From the NCBI GenBank assembly GCA_045546495.1, contig JAZQCX010000093.1, positions 10,961 through 74,960 of the forward strand: 64,000 nt of DNA, written 5' to 3'. Numbering within the stretch: the stretch's first letter is position 1; each line of letters starts with the position of its first letter. A program made the translations under genes and the position numbers. The notes beneath the pieces are model-generated. The model did not search any database, was not told where the DNA came from, and saw only the letters and a list, made by a program, of their open reading frames with translations. The stretch is from Acetatifactor sp. GTDB lineage: Bacteria; Bacillota; Clostridia; Lachnospirales; Lachnospiraceae. Below are positions 16,601-25,799 of this stretch, in pieces.

Positions 16601-18652
16601 ATGATTAACAGAAAAGAATTGATTGACGGTCACAATCCTATATTAACCGAAGCAGATAAGGCATCGGCGCTGACCGTGGGAAACGGAGAGTTTGCGTTTA
16701 CTGCGGATATTACCGGATTGCAGACTCTTTACGGGGAATATGATGTACTGCCTCTTTGTACCATGGCTCAGTGGGCATGGCACACAAAGCCCGTAAGCGA
16801 GGAGCGATATGCTTATACGCTGGATGATTTGGTGATGACGGAGTATGATGATTGCACCGGCAGACATGTGGTATATCCCAAGAAGAAAATGCCAGGTAAT
16901 GAGGACGTGTATAACTGGTTGCGTGAGAATCCTCATAAGCTGAATCTGGCGTCAATCGGATTCCTTTGGAAAGGGGAGACGATTACGGAGGCGCAGCTTT
17001 CCGATTGCAAACAGGAGCTGAAGCTGTACGAGGGTGTGCTGGTAAGTGAGTTTAAGATTAACGGCGTAGCTTGTCGTGTGGAGACGGCCTGCCATAATCA
17101 GGGTAAGGATATGCTGGGCTTTGTGGTGGAAAGTGATGCACTTGCTGCAGGCGATTTGACAGTAGAGATGCGCTTCCCTTACGGCTCTCCTAAGATTTCC
17201 GCATCTGATTGGGAAAGTGGCGAACTACATAAAACAGAAGTAATCAATGAAAACGCGGGTGGCTGTACCCTGCGCAGACAGTTGGATAAAGATGTATATT
17301 TTATTGGTGTAAAAGCTGATGGTACGATTGCGACAGTGCCTGCAGAGCATAAGGTGCAGGTAAAGGCGTCCGGTAATGTGCTGAACCTGATGATTGCTTT
17401 CGGAACAGAGGAAGCGAAGGCAGCAACGGAAGGAACAGAAGCGGTTTTTGAAGCAAGCCGCGCAGGCTGGAAGAATTTCTGGGAGAAGGGCGGAATTATC
17501 CGTCTGAACCAAAGTAAGGACGAGAGAGCGTGGGAACTGGAGCGCAGAATTATTCTGTCCCAGTACCTTATGGCGGCAAACTCCAGCGGTTCCACACCGC
17601 CTCAGGAGACCGGACTTACCTGTAACAGCTGGTACGGAAAGATGCATCTGGAGATGTATCTGTGGCATTGTGCATGGCTGCCTCTTTGGAACCAGTGCGA
17701 TTTGCTGGAAAGAAGCTTGAAGTGGTACAGGGAGCATATTCCCGAGGCGAGCGAAAACGCAGCACGCAACGGTTATAAGGGTGCAAGATGGCCGAAGATG
17801 ATTGCGACGGAGGGCATCGATTGTCCTTCTCCTATTGCGCCTCTGCTTGTTTGGCAGCAGCCTCATATTATTTATATGCTGGAAATGATGTACCGTCGTT
17901 TGGGCGAGGAGTCCGTGCTTACGGAGAATTGGCAGCTGATCGAAGAAACTGCTGAATTCATGGTAGACTTCGTTGTTTGGAATGAGGAAAAGGGCTGCTA
18001 CGATATCTGTGCACCGGTAATTCCCGTGCAGGAATGCCATAAAGAAATGGATGTACTGAATCCGGCTTTTGAGGTTGAATACTGGCGCGAGACGTTGAAG
18101 ATGGCTGTAAAATGGGCGGAGCGTCTTGGCAAGACTCCTAATCCTAAGTGGCTTGAAGTGGCGGAGCACATGGCTGAGCTGACCCAGGAGAATGGTGTGT
18201 ATCTGGCACATGAGAAGTGTCCGACCACCTTTACGGAGTTTAATAAGGATCATCCTTCCATGCTGGGAGCATACGGCTTAATCGACAGTGACAGAATCGA
18301 TAAAGAAGCGATGCGTAAGACCATGTACCTTGTAGAGGAATGCTGGAATTATCCCACTCTTTGGGGCTGGGATTTCGCGGTGATGGCGATGACTGCAGTA
18401 AGATTGAACGAGCCTGAAAAGGCCATTGAGCTGATTTTGAAGGACACCTTGAAAAACTGTTACTTAAAGAGCGGTAACAACATGCAGATCAGCAGAGCGG
18501 ATTTACCGCTGTATCTGCCCGGAAACGGTTCCCTGCTGTTGGCGGCGGCAGCCATGACGGCAGGCTATGAGGGGTGTGACAGAGAGACTCCCGGTTTCCC
18601 GGATAATGGTCAGTGGACTGTAGAATTCGAAAATATCGATAAATTGCCCTAG
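16601..18652 (+). CDS. large cytoplasmic putative glycoside hydrolase, family not assigned
   Basis: 683 aa from the ATG at 16601 (GGAG 6 nt upstream); the track's ATG at 16595 abuts the SD. No signal peptide. Trp/Tyr-rich C-terminal half. Function is inferred mainly from the position between the beta-propeller gene and GH28. Confidence 0.4.
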   Translation: MINRKELIDGHNPILTEADKASALTVGNGEFAFTADITGLQTLYGEYDVLPLCTMAQWAWHTKPVSEERYAYTLDDLVMTEYDDCTGRHVVYPKKKMPGNEDVYNWLRENPHKLNLASIGFLWKGETITEAQLSDCKQELKLYEGVLVSEFKINGVACRVETACHNQGKDMLGFVVESDALAAGDLTVEMRFPYGSPKISASDWESGELHKTEVINENAGGCTLRRQLDKDVYFIGVKADGTIATVPAEHKVQVKASGNVLNLMIAFGTEEAKAATEGTEAVFEASRAGWKNFWEKGGIIRLNQSKDERAWELERRIILSQYLMAANSSGSTPPQETGLTCNSWYGKMHLEMYLWHCAWLPLWNQCDLLERSLKWYREHIPEASENAARNGYKGARWPKMIATEGIDCPSPIAPLLVWQQPHIIYMLEMMYRRLGEESVLTENWQLIEETAEFMVDFVVWNEEKGCYDICAPVIPVQECHKEMDVLNPAFEVEYWRETLKMAVKWAERLGKTPNPKWLEVAEHMAELTQENGVYLAHEKCPTTFTEFNKDHPSMLGAYGLIDSDRIDKEAMRKTMYLVEECWNYPTLWGWDFAVMAMTAVRLNEPEKAIELILKDTLKNCYLKSGNNMQISRADLPLYLPGNGSLLLAAAAMTAGYEGCDRETPGFPDNGQWTVEFENIDKLP

Positions 18653-18670
18653 GAAGCACTCCTGTGGACA

Positions 18671-18779
18671 TGGCGAAAAGGGAAAAACACCGGTGAAATT
18701 CGGTGCAAGAAGCCCCTTGCGGACCTGGCAAAAGAGGAAAACACCGGTGAAATTCGGTGCAAGAAGCCCCCTGCGGACG
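18671..18779 (+). repeat. 54-nt tandem repeat (2 units plus a partial third), each with a caccg-N8-cggtg hairpin
   Basis: An identical 32-nt core, aaacaccggtgaaattcggtgcaagaagcccc, occurs at 18685-18716 and 18739-18770. Confidence 0.85.
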
Positions 18780-18866
18780 TGGACAGAAAGAGCCGTGAAG
18801 CAACGGGAAAGGAACCGTGAGGTCACGGGAAAAAGAAGGATGAAAAAATAAAATCGGAGGATTCCC

Positions 18867-20249
18867 ATGAAAAATGTGGATGTAAAATTGCCGGAGATTC
18901 CGGAGAAGCAGTATGTGATTACAGAATATGGTGCGGTGAGCAACGGAAAGGTTTCCAATACCAAGGCGATTGCTGCGGCGATTGAGGCTGCGTCTGCGGC
19001 GGGCGGCGGAACCGTTGTAATTCCTGCCGGTGTATGGCTGACCGGTCCCATTGAATTAAAGTCCAATATCAGACTGCATGCGTGCCGCGGTGCACTTGTA
19101 ATGTTTGATAAAAATTCTGAGGAATATCCGGTATTTCTGGCGGATTATGAGGGTCAGCCCAGAATCCGTACAGTGTCCCCGATTCATGCAAGAGAGGCTG
19201 AGAACATTGCGATTACCGGCGAGGGAATCTTTGACGGTAACGGGCAGAAATGGCGCCCCTTAAAGGAAATGAAGGTGACCTCCAAGCATTGGAAAAAGTG
19301 TCTGGAGGAGAGCCCTTATGTATTACAGGGCAAGGAGTGCGGCATCTGGATGCCTACGGAAAGTATCTATAAGGGTGCTTTGGCGGGAGAGCCGAATGTA
19401 CTTGCGCCCGACGCGGATATTGAGGCGGCTTTGAAAAAGGCTTCGGAGCATTATGATTATTACAGACCGGTTATGGTAAGCCTTGTAAAGTGTAATAAGG
19501 TGCTGATTGAGGGAGTTACCCTACAGAATTCTCCTGCGTGGAACGTACATCCCCTGTTCTGTACAAACCTGACTATCCGCAATGCAACCATCCGTAACCC
19601 TTATTATGCACAGAACGGTGACGGTTTGGATTTGGAATCCTGTGCAAAGGTGCATATCCATGATGTAACCTTTGACGTGGGTGATGACGGTATCTGCATG
19701 AAGTCCGGTAAAAACGCTGTAGCAAGGAAGATTCCCGTGCCTACGGAGGATGTTTATATTCATGATTGCGTGGTGTATCACGGTCACGGCGGCTTCGTTG
19801 TGGGAAGCGAAATGTCCCGCGGCGTAAGACGTATTACGGTGGAAAATTGTACCTTTGTGGGAACGGATGTGGGTATCCGTTTCAAGAGCGCCATCGGCAG
19901 AGGCGGTGTGGTAGAGGATATCGACATCCGGGATATTTATATGACGGATATTGTGGATGATGCGGTTATTTTTACCATGGGTTATGTTCTGAATAACTCC
20001 GACGGTACGGATGAAAAGAATCCGGAGGACTTTGACAGGGAAGATATTCCGGAGTTCAAGGATATCCGTTTGAAGAATATCAACTGTATGGGCGCAAAGC
20101 GTGCCATCAAGATTGAAGGCTTGAAGCAGCTGCCTATCCATGATATCAGCATTGAGGACTCCTATTTCAAGGCAGAAATCGGTTATGTGGAAAAGTATGC
20201 CGAGAATATTATCATGAAGAACGTGGAAATCGAGGAAAGCGGAAAGTAA
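18867..20249 (+). CDS. glycoside hydrolase family 28 (polygalacturonase/rhamnogalacturonase-like), cytoplasmic
   Basis: GH28 signature blocks NSPAWNVHP, NGDGLDLES, GDDGICMKSG, GHGGFVVGSE and IRFKS. GGAGGA SD. No signal peptide. Confidence 0.85.
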   Translation: MKNVDVKLPEIPEKQYVITEYGAVSNGKVSNTKAIAAAIEAASAAGGGTVVIPAGVWLTGPIELKSNIRLHACRGALVMFDKNSEEYPVFLADYEGQPRIRTVSPIHAREAENIAITGEGIFDGNGQKWRPLKEMKVTSKHWKKCLEESPYVLQGKECGIWMPTESIYKGALAGEPNVLAPDADIEAALKKASEHYDYYRPVMVSLVKCNKVLIEGVTLQNSPAWNVHPLFCTNLTIRNATIRNPYYAQNGDGLDLESCAKVHIHDVTFDVGDDGICMKSGKNAVARKIPVPTEDVYIHDCVVYHGHGGFVVGSEMSRGVRRITVENCTFVGTDVGIRFKSAIGRGGVVEDIDIRDIYMTDIVDDAVIFTMGYVLNNSDGTDEKNPEDFDREDIPEFKDIRLKNINCMGAKRAIKIEGLKQLPIHDISIEDSYFKAEIGYVEKYAENIIMKNVEIEESGK

Positions 20250-20255
20250 AGAAAA

Positions 20256-21281
20256 ATGAAATTTTATCATATCACCGAGAGCCCTTTAAAAATCTATGGT
20301 CTGGCTGTGGCAGACAGGGAGAAGAGGCAGTTCTGGAAACTTCCGGCTGAAGCTCTGGAAAAATTTCCCGGCTACAGCTATCTGGGAAGAAGAACCGCAG
20401 GCGGCAGAGTACGCTTTGCGACCAATTCCGAAAACATTACCATTCGAATGACTCTGGCGGAGACGAAGGAGGATATTAACATTCCTCTGTCCGGCTCTGC
20501 GGGAGCTGATGTGTACGTGGGAACCGGACGGGACAGCGAATTTATCGGTTATATTGCGCCCGGCGAGCATCAAAAGGAAGAGATTTCTGTAGAAAAGAAT
20601 TTTCGCAAGAAGGCAGAAATGCAGGTGGTTACCGTGAACCTTCCACGGAATGACCATTTATTGTCTATGGAAATCGGAGTAGATGAGGGTGCGGATATCA
20701 AGGAAGCTCCGGCGTACCGGCTAGAAAAACCTATGGTGTTTTATGGCTCCTCCATCACGGAGGGAGGCTGCGCTTCCAGAGCGGGTAACGCCTATACCAG
20801 CATCGTCAGCAGGTGGTTGGACGCCAACTACATTAATCTGGGCTTTTCCGGAAGTGCAAGAGGGGAGCTTGATTTTGCAGAGTATATTACGACTCTTGAG
20901 GATATGAGCGTATTTATTTATGATTACGACCATAATTCTCCTTCGCCGGAGCATCTGGCGGAGACCCATGAGCCTTTTTTTCAGGTGATTCGTGAGAAGT
21001 TTCCCACTCTGCCTATACTGATGATATCGAAACCGGATACGGATAAGAATCCGGTGGATTCCGAGAAGCGGGTGGAAGTAATTCGCCGTACCTACGAAAA
21101 CGCCAAGGCAGCAGGTGACGACAGGGTATGGTTTATTGACGGACGGACACACTTCGGCAAGACCGGAAGAAGTGAGTGCACCGTAGACGGAACCCATCCC
21201 AACGCGTTAGGCTTTATGCGGATGGCGGAGAATGTTTACCCTGTGTTGGAGGAAATTTTAAACACATGTATATTATTGTAG
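20256..21281 (+). CDS. SGNH/GDSL-family hydrolase (carbohydrate acetylesterase-like)
   Basis: 341 aa. Block I FYGSSITEG, block V DGTHPN. Has an N-terminal beta-sandwich-like extension. Confidence 0.75.
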   Translation: MKFYHITESPLKIYGLAVADREKRQFWKLPAEALEKFPGYSYLGRRTAGGRVRFATNSENITIRMTLAETKEDINIPLSGSAGADVYVGTGRDSEFIGYIAPGEHQKEEISVEKNFRKKAEMQVVTVNLPRNDHLLSMEIGVDEGADIKEAPAYRLEKPMVFYGSSITEGGCASRAGNAYTSIVSRWLDANYINLGFSGSARGELDFAEYITTLEDMSVFIYDYDHNSPSPEHLAETHEPFFQVIREKFPTLPILMISKPDTDKNPVDSEKRVEVIRRTYENAKAAGDDRVWFIDGRTHFGKTGRSECTVDGTHPNALGFMRMAENVYPVLEEILNTCILL

Positions 21282-21847
21282 GTCTGGGAAACTTTGGAAA
21301 GCAATATGATAATACAAGGCACAATGTAGGCTTTGTCACCATTGATATGCTGGCTGAGCAGGAAAATATTGCAGTTTTGGAGAAAAAGCATAAGGCCGTT
21401 ATCGGAAAGGGAATTGTGGCAGGGCAGAAATGTATTCTGGCGAAACCTACCACTTACATGAATCTCAGCGGTGAGTGCGTCCGGGAACTGATAGATTACT
21501 ATAAGTCGGACGAAACGACGGAGCTGATTGTGATTTCCGATGATGTGAGCTTGGACGTAGGACGGTTGCGTATTCGGAAAAAGGGAAGTGCCGGCGGTCA
21601 TAACGGACTGAAAAACATTATTGCTCATCTGGGACATGATAATTTTATCCGTATTAAGATGGGCGTGGGAGAAAAGCCGAAGGGCTGGGATCTGGCGGAC
21701 TATGTATTGGGCCGCTTTTCTGGGCCGGAGGGCAAAATGATGGAGGAGGCTGCGAAGCGTGCGGCGGATGCCATTCGCATGATTATTACCTCGGATGCGG
21801 ACACGGCAATGAACGAGTTTAACAGTGCAAAAAGCGAGGAAAAATAA
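21266..21847 (+). CDS. pth: peptidyl-tRNA hydrolase
   Basis: MYIIVGLGNFGKQYDNTRHNVGF is the canonical Pth N-terminus. The start at 21266 overlaps the SGNH gene by 16 nt. The track ORF start at 21176 is an upstream in-frame extension. Confidence 0.92.
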   Translation: MYIIVGLGNFGKQYDNTRHNVGFVTIDMLAEQENIAVLEKKHKAVIGKGIVAGQKCILAKPTTYMNLSGECVRELIDYYKSDETTELIVISDDVSLDVGRLRIRKKGSAGGHNGLKNIIAHLGHDNFIRIKMGVGEKPKGWDLADYVLGRFSGPEGKMMEEAAKRAADAIRMIITSDADTAMNEFNSAKSEEK

Positions 21848-24800
21848 ATGCAGGTGCTGTTGTCGCCGCTTGGTGAGCTGGCGGAATTTGAACATCTGAG
21901 GGAGACACTGAAAAAGGGCTGTGAATCCATTGCCCTGACGGGATGTGTGGACTCCCAAAAGCTTCATATGATTTACGGACTTAGCGATGGCTTTAGGATT
22001 AAAGTCATCGCTACTTATAATGATTTAAAAGCAAAAGAATTATATGAGGAATACAAATTTTATGACAGAAATGTCATGTTATATCCTGCAAAGGATTTAA
22101 TCTTTTTTCAGGCAGATATTCACGGAAACCAGCTGGTAAAGGAGCGGGTAAAGACCTTGCGGAGACTGCTGGAGGGAAAGCCGGTTACAATTGTTACAAC
22201 CTATGCTGCATTGATGAGTCCCATGGCTTTGTGGGATAGTGACAGAGATGTCATATATATGGACAGGGGTGGTACGATAGATGAAACGGAGCTTGCCCGC
22301 AGGCTGGTGGATTTCGGCTATGAGAAAACCTATCAGGTGGAAAGTCCCGGACAATTTTCCGTGCGGGGCGGTATTGTGGATATTTTCGACCTGACGGAGG
22401 AGAACCCGTATCGGATCGAGCTTTGGGGAGATGAAATCGAATCTATCCGAAGCTTTGATGTGCTCAGTCAGCGCTCCATTGAAAAGCTGGAGAGTATTTC
22501 GGTATTTCCGGCCACGGAATTTGTGCTGGATGAGGCGCGTCTGAGAAACGGTCTGAAGAAGCTGGAAGAGGAAGCGGCAAAGCAGGAAAAGCTGTTCCGC
22601 GATTCCTTCCGGACGGAGGAAGCTCATCGGATTTCCATACAGATGAAGGAGCTGCGGGAGCAGCTGGTAGAGTTTAAGAGCAAGGTGAATCTGGAGGGGT
22701 ATATCCGTTATTTCTATGAGGATACCGTTACTATGCCTCAGCTTTTAAAGAATATGGCGGAGAAAAGCAGAGCGGTAAATGCGGGACCGGTGGTGTTTTT
22801 GGAGGAGCCGGCCAGGATTAAGGAGCAGGCCGCCGCGGTGGAATTGGAATTTCGGGAAAGCATGACCCAACGTGCAGAGAAGGGTTATATTCTGCCGGGA
22901 CAGATGAACCTGCTTTACAGCGGTGAGGAGATTGCGGCGAAGCTTTTGTCTGCGGGAAGAGTGGTTACCGTTTCCACCATGGATACAAGAGGCGGGTATT
23001 TTAAGCCGGAAATCCGAGTGGATGTGTCGGCGCGCAACGTGGCTCCCTATAATAACAGTTTCGAAGCCTTAGTGAAAGACTTAAAGCAGTTTAAGCGGAA
23101 GGGGTACCGGGTACTTTTGCTGTCCGGCTCCCGTACGAGAGCGAAGCGTCTGGCAGAGGACTTGCGCGATCAGGAGCTGACTGCCGTATATACGGAAAAC
23201 CCGCAGCGCGAGGTACAGCCCGGTGAGGTGGTGACCTACTATGGTCATGTAAACAAGGGCTTCGAGTACCCGATGTTAAAGTTCGTAGTGCTTTCCGAGA
23301 CGGATATTTTTGGTGCGGAGAAGAAAAAGAAGAAGGCGAAAAAGCTTTATCAGGGTCAGAAGATAAAGGACTTTAACGAGCTCAAAATCGGAGACTACGT
23401 GGTACATGAAAGCCACGGATTGGGCATCTATCGGGGAATTGAAAAGGTAGAGATGTCCGGAGTAATCAAGGACTATATCAAGATAGAATACCGGGACGGC
23501 GGCAACTTGTATGTGCTTGCCACGGGCTTAGATGTGATTCAAAAATATGCTTCCTCCGAGGCGAAGAAGCCTAAGCTGAATAAACTGGGCAGCAAGGAAT
23601 GGGAGAAAACAAAGACCCGTGTCCGCAGTGCTGTGGGTGAGGTGGCGAAGGATTTGGTAGAGCTTTATGCGGCGAGGCAGGCGGGGGAAGGATTTCCTTA
23701 CGGACCGGATACAGTTTGGCAGAAGGAGTTTGAGGAAATGTTTCCTTTCGAGGAAACGGAGGATCAGCTGAATGCCATTGCGGAAACCAAGGCAGACATG
23801 GAAAGCACGAAAATCATGGATCGCCTGATTTGCGGTGATGTAGGCTACGGCAAGACGGAAATTGCCATCCGTGCGGCGTTTAAAGCGGTACAGGAGGGAA
23901 AGCAGGTAGTTTACCTTGTGCCGACCACAATCCTTGCGCAGCAGCATTATAACACCTTCCAGCAGCGTATGAAGGACTTCCCTGTACGGATAGAGTTGAT
24001 GAGCAGATTCCGTTCCCCGGCGCAAATCAAAAAGACGGTGACGGATTTGCAAAAGGGTATGGTGGACATTGTCATCGGAACCCACAGAGTGCTTTCAGAT
24101 GATGTGAAATTTAAGGATTTGGGACTTTTGATTATTGATGAGGAACAGCGCTTTGGGGTAGCCCATAAGGAGAAGATTAAGAAGCTGAAGGAAAACGTGG
24201 ATGTGCTTACCCTAACGGCAACGCCCATTCCCCGTACCCTGCATATGAGCTTAATCGGAATCCGTGATATGAGCGTACTGGAGGAGGCGCCGGAGGACAG
24301 ACTGCCCATCCAGACCTTTGTTTGCGAATATAACGAGGAGCTTGTGCGGGAGGCTATTGCAAGAGAACTGGCAAGGGGCGGTCAGGTTTATTATGTATAT
24401 AACCGGGTGAATAATATCGCGGATGTGGCTTCCCAAATCGGGTTGCTTGTTCCTGAGGCGACAGTTGCCTATGCCCACGGGCAGATGAAGGAGCATGAGC
24501 TGGAAAAAATCATGCTGGACTTTGTGAACGGCGAAATTGATGTGCTGGTATCTACCACCATCATCGAGACCGGCCTGGATATTTCTAACGTAAATACCAT
24601 GATTATCCACGATTCCGATAACATGGGACTATCCCAGCTTTATCAGCTGCGCGGACGCGTGGGGCGTTCCAACCGGACTGCCTATGCGTTCCTGATGTAT
24701 AAGCGGGATAAGATGCTAAAGGAGGTTGCGGAGAAACGTCTCGCGGCGATCCGGGAATTTACGGATTTGGGCAGCGGCTTCAAGATTGCCATGCGCGATT

Positions 24801-25402
24801 TGGAAATCCGCGGTGCGGGCAATTTGCTGGGTGTAAGACAGCACGGTCATATGGAGGCGGTAGGATACGACCTTTACTGTAAGATGTTGAACGAGGCGGT
24901 GTTGACCTTAAAAGGGGTCAAGGTCACTACGGATTTCGACACCATAATTGATTTGGATGTGGATGCGTTTATTCCTCCCAGCTATATTGTAAATGAAGTG
25001 CAGAAGCTGGATATTTACAAGAGAATCGCGGGCATTGAGAATGAAAAGGAACGGGATGATATGAAGGATGAACTGTTGGACCGCTTCGGCGAAATCCCGA
25101 AGTCGGTAGACAATTTGCTGAGAATTGCCCTGATTCGGGTGAATGCCCACAAGCTGTATATGACAGAGGTGAAAGGAAAAAATCAGCGTATTACCTTTAC
25201 CTTCCGCCCGGATGCAGCGATTGACGCCGTTAAAATCCCGGAATTTGTAAAGCGTCATTCCCAAGAGCTTTCCTTTACAGCCTATGGAACGCCCTTTTTT
25301 ACCTATAAGTACAGGAAAACCGGACTGGTGGAAAAGGATGCGGAGCTGCTTCTGAATAAAACCGAGGAGCTCCTCGCGCAGATGCAGGAGCTGGTGTTGT
25401 AA
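21848..25402 (+). CDS. mfd: transcription-repair coupling factor
   Basis: 1184 aa. UvrB-homology N-terminus, CarD/RID region (DYVVHESHGLG), superfamily-2 helicase motifs (GDVGYGKTE, DEEQRFG) and a TRG motif region. Its ATG abuts the pth stop. Confidence 0.95.
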   Translation: MQVLLSPLGELAEFEHLRETLKKGCESIALTGCVDSQKLHMIYGLSDGFRIKVIATYNDLKAKELYEEYKFYDRNVMLYPAKDLIFFQADIHGNQLVKERVKTLRRLLEGKPVTIVTTYAALMSPMALWDSDRDVIYMDRGGTIDETELARRLVDFGYEKTYQVESPGQFSVRGGIVDIFDLTEENPYRIELWGDEIESIRSFDVLSQRSIEKLESISVFPATEFVLDEARLRNGLKKLEEEAAKQEKLFRDSFRTEEAHRISIQMKELREQLVEFKSKVNLEGYIRYFYEDTVTMPQLLKNMAEKSRAVNAGPVVFLEEPARIKEQAAAVELEFRESMTQRAEKGYILPGQMNLLYSGEEIAAKLLSAGRVVTVSTMDTRGGYFKPEIRVDVSARNVAPYNNSFEALVKDLKQFKRKGYRVLLLSGSRTRAKRLAEDLRDQELTAVYTENPQREVQPGEVVTYYGHVNKGFEYPMLKFVVLSETDIFGAEKKKKKAKKLYQGQKIKDFNELKIGDYVVHESHGLGIYRGIEKVEMSGVIKDYIKIEYRDGGNLYVLATGLDVIQKYASSEAKKPKLNKLGSKEWEKTKTRVRSAVGEVAKDLVELYAARQAGEGFPYGPDTVWQKEFEEMFPFEETEDQLNAIAETKADMESTKIMDRLICGDVGYGKTEIAIRAAFKAVQEGKQVVYLVPTTILAQQHYNTFQQRMKDFPVRIELMSRFRSPAQIKKTVTDLQKGMVDIVIGTHRVLSDDVKFKDLGLLIIDEEQRFGVAHKEKIKKLKENVDVLTLTATPIPRTLHMSLIGIRDMSVLEEAPEDRLPIQTFVCEYNEELVREAIARELARGGQVYYVYNRVNNIADVASQIGLLVPEATVAYAHGQMKEHELEKIMLDFVNGEIDVLVSTTIIETGLDISNVNTMIIHDSDNMGLSQLYQLRGRVGRSNRTAYAFLMYKRDKMLKEVAEKRLAAIREFTDLGSGFKIAMRDLEIRGAGNLLGVRQHGHMEAVGYDLYCKMLNEAVLTLKGVKVTTDFDTIIDLDVDAFIPPSYIVNEVQKLDIYKRIAGIENEKERDDMKDELLDRFGEIPKSVDNLLRIALIRVNAHKLYMTEVKGKNQRITFTFRPDAAIDAVKIPEFVKRHSQELSFTAYGTPFFTYKYRKTGLVEKDAELLLNKTEELLAQMQELVL

Positions 25403-25499
25403 AAAAGTTAGCTCAAGACCGGTCTCCGTTCCGTGCACCGTCATCGCGATAGCGGTGCGGGATGTGATTTTGAGGTGGGTTTATGGGACTCTAAAATTG

Positions 25500-25552
25500 A
25501 TACCATTCTTTCAGAAACAGGAAGTCAGTGTTTTTGAAAGGATGGTATTTTT
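25500..25552 (+). terminator. Rho-independent terminator of mfd
   Basis: 20-bp stem ataccattctttcagaaaca / tgtttttgaaaggatggtat (two wobble pairs), 9-nt loop, then TTTT. Confidence 0.75.
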
Positions 25553-25654
25553 ATGAAAGGATATTATACGGCAGGCGGCTATATGGGATTTGTGGGAGAC
25601 GGGTATATTCTGTTTGCCAGCGAGGGCGAGTATCGGGAGTATATGGAGGACTAA
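25553..25654 (+). CDS. small hypothetical protein (33 aa, MKGYYTAGGYMGFVGDGYILFASEGEYREYMED)
   Basis: Absent from the >=60-aa ORF track. ATG at 25553 with AAAGGA 10 nt upstream. The Gly/Tyr-rich peptide resembles small ORFs I recall from Clostridia, but I did not verify this. Confidence 0.35.
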   Translation: MKGYYTAGGYMGFVGDGYILFASEGEYREYMED

Positions 25655-25758
25655 GGCAGACAATATGCTGCCGGTTGGTGCGAGGCGCACGGAAGTGCTG
25701 CCGGAATTGGTTAAATAATTAACTAATGGTCTGTATCTTTACCTTGATTAGGGAAATG

Positions 25759-25767
25759 TGGTATAGT
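25759..25767 (+). promoter_or_regulatory. candidate extended -10 promoter (TGgTATAGT) for the sugar-kinase gene
   Basis: TG at 25759-25760 and TATAGT at 25762-25767, about 33 nt upstream of the ATG at 25800. Confidence 0.35.
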
Positions 25768-25799
25768 AAAAATACCAACCAGCAAGGGAGAACAGGCAT

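Noticed and set aside
17225-18253. 342-aa minus-strand ORF inside the putative glycosidase gene; other antisense ORFs of 150-300 aa occur throughout (e.g. 39695..40513, 37692..38591, 42823..43554, 21236..21967)
   Set aside because: All lie antisense to longer ORFs that have clear family motifs. They lack SDs and have skewed Arg/Leu/His/Cys composition.
15875-18779. Tandem repeats at 15875-15991, 16535-16588 and 18671-18779 as CRISPR arrays
   Set aside because: Each has only 2-3 directly abutting units with no unique spacers between them. Unit lengths of 8-63 nt are atypical for CRISPR, and there are no cas genes.
15766-19066. Minus-strand ORFs 15766..16095, 15789..16031, 16337..16633, 18489..18803 and 18503..19066 in the sugar-locus spacers
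   Set aside because: They are open only because the plus strand is C-poor and purine-rich and carries tandem repeats. The translations are repetitive (FFALLFFALLF, PQGASCTEFHRCF x2) and there is no SD or start context.
25528-25722. 64-aa track ORF between mfd and the kinase gene
   Set aside because: Arg/Cys/Gly-rich, with no SD. An alternative 33-aa ORF in another frame (25553..25654) has an SD and a more protein-like sequence, and I report it at low confidence instead.
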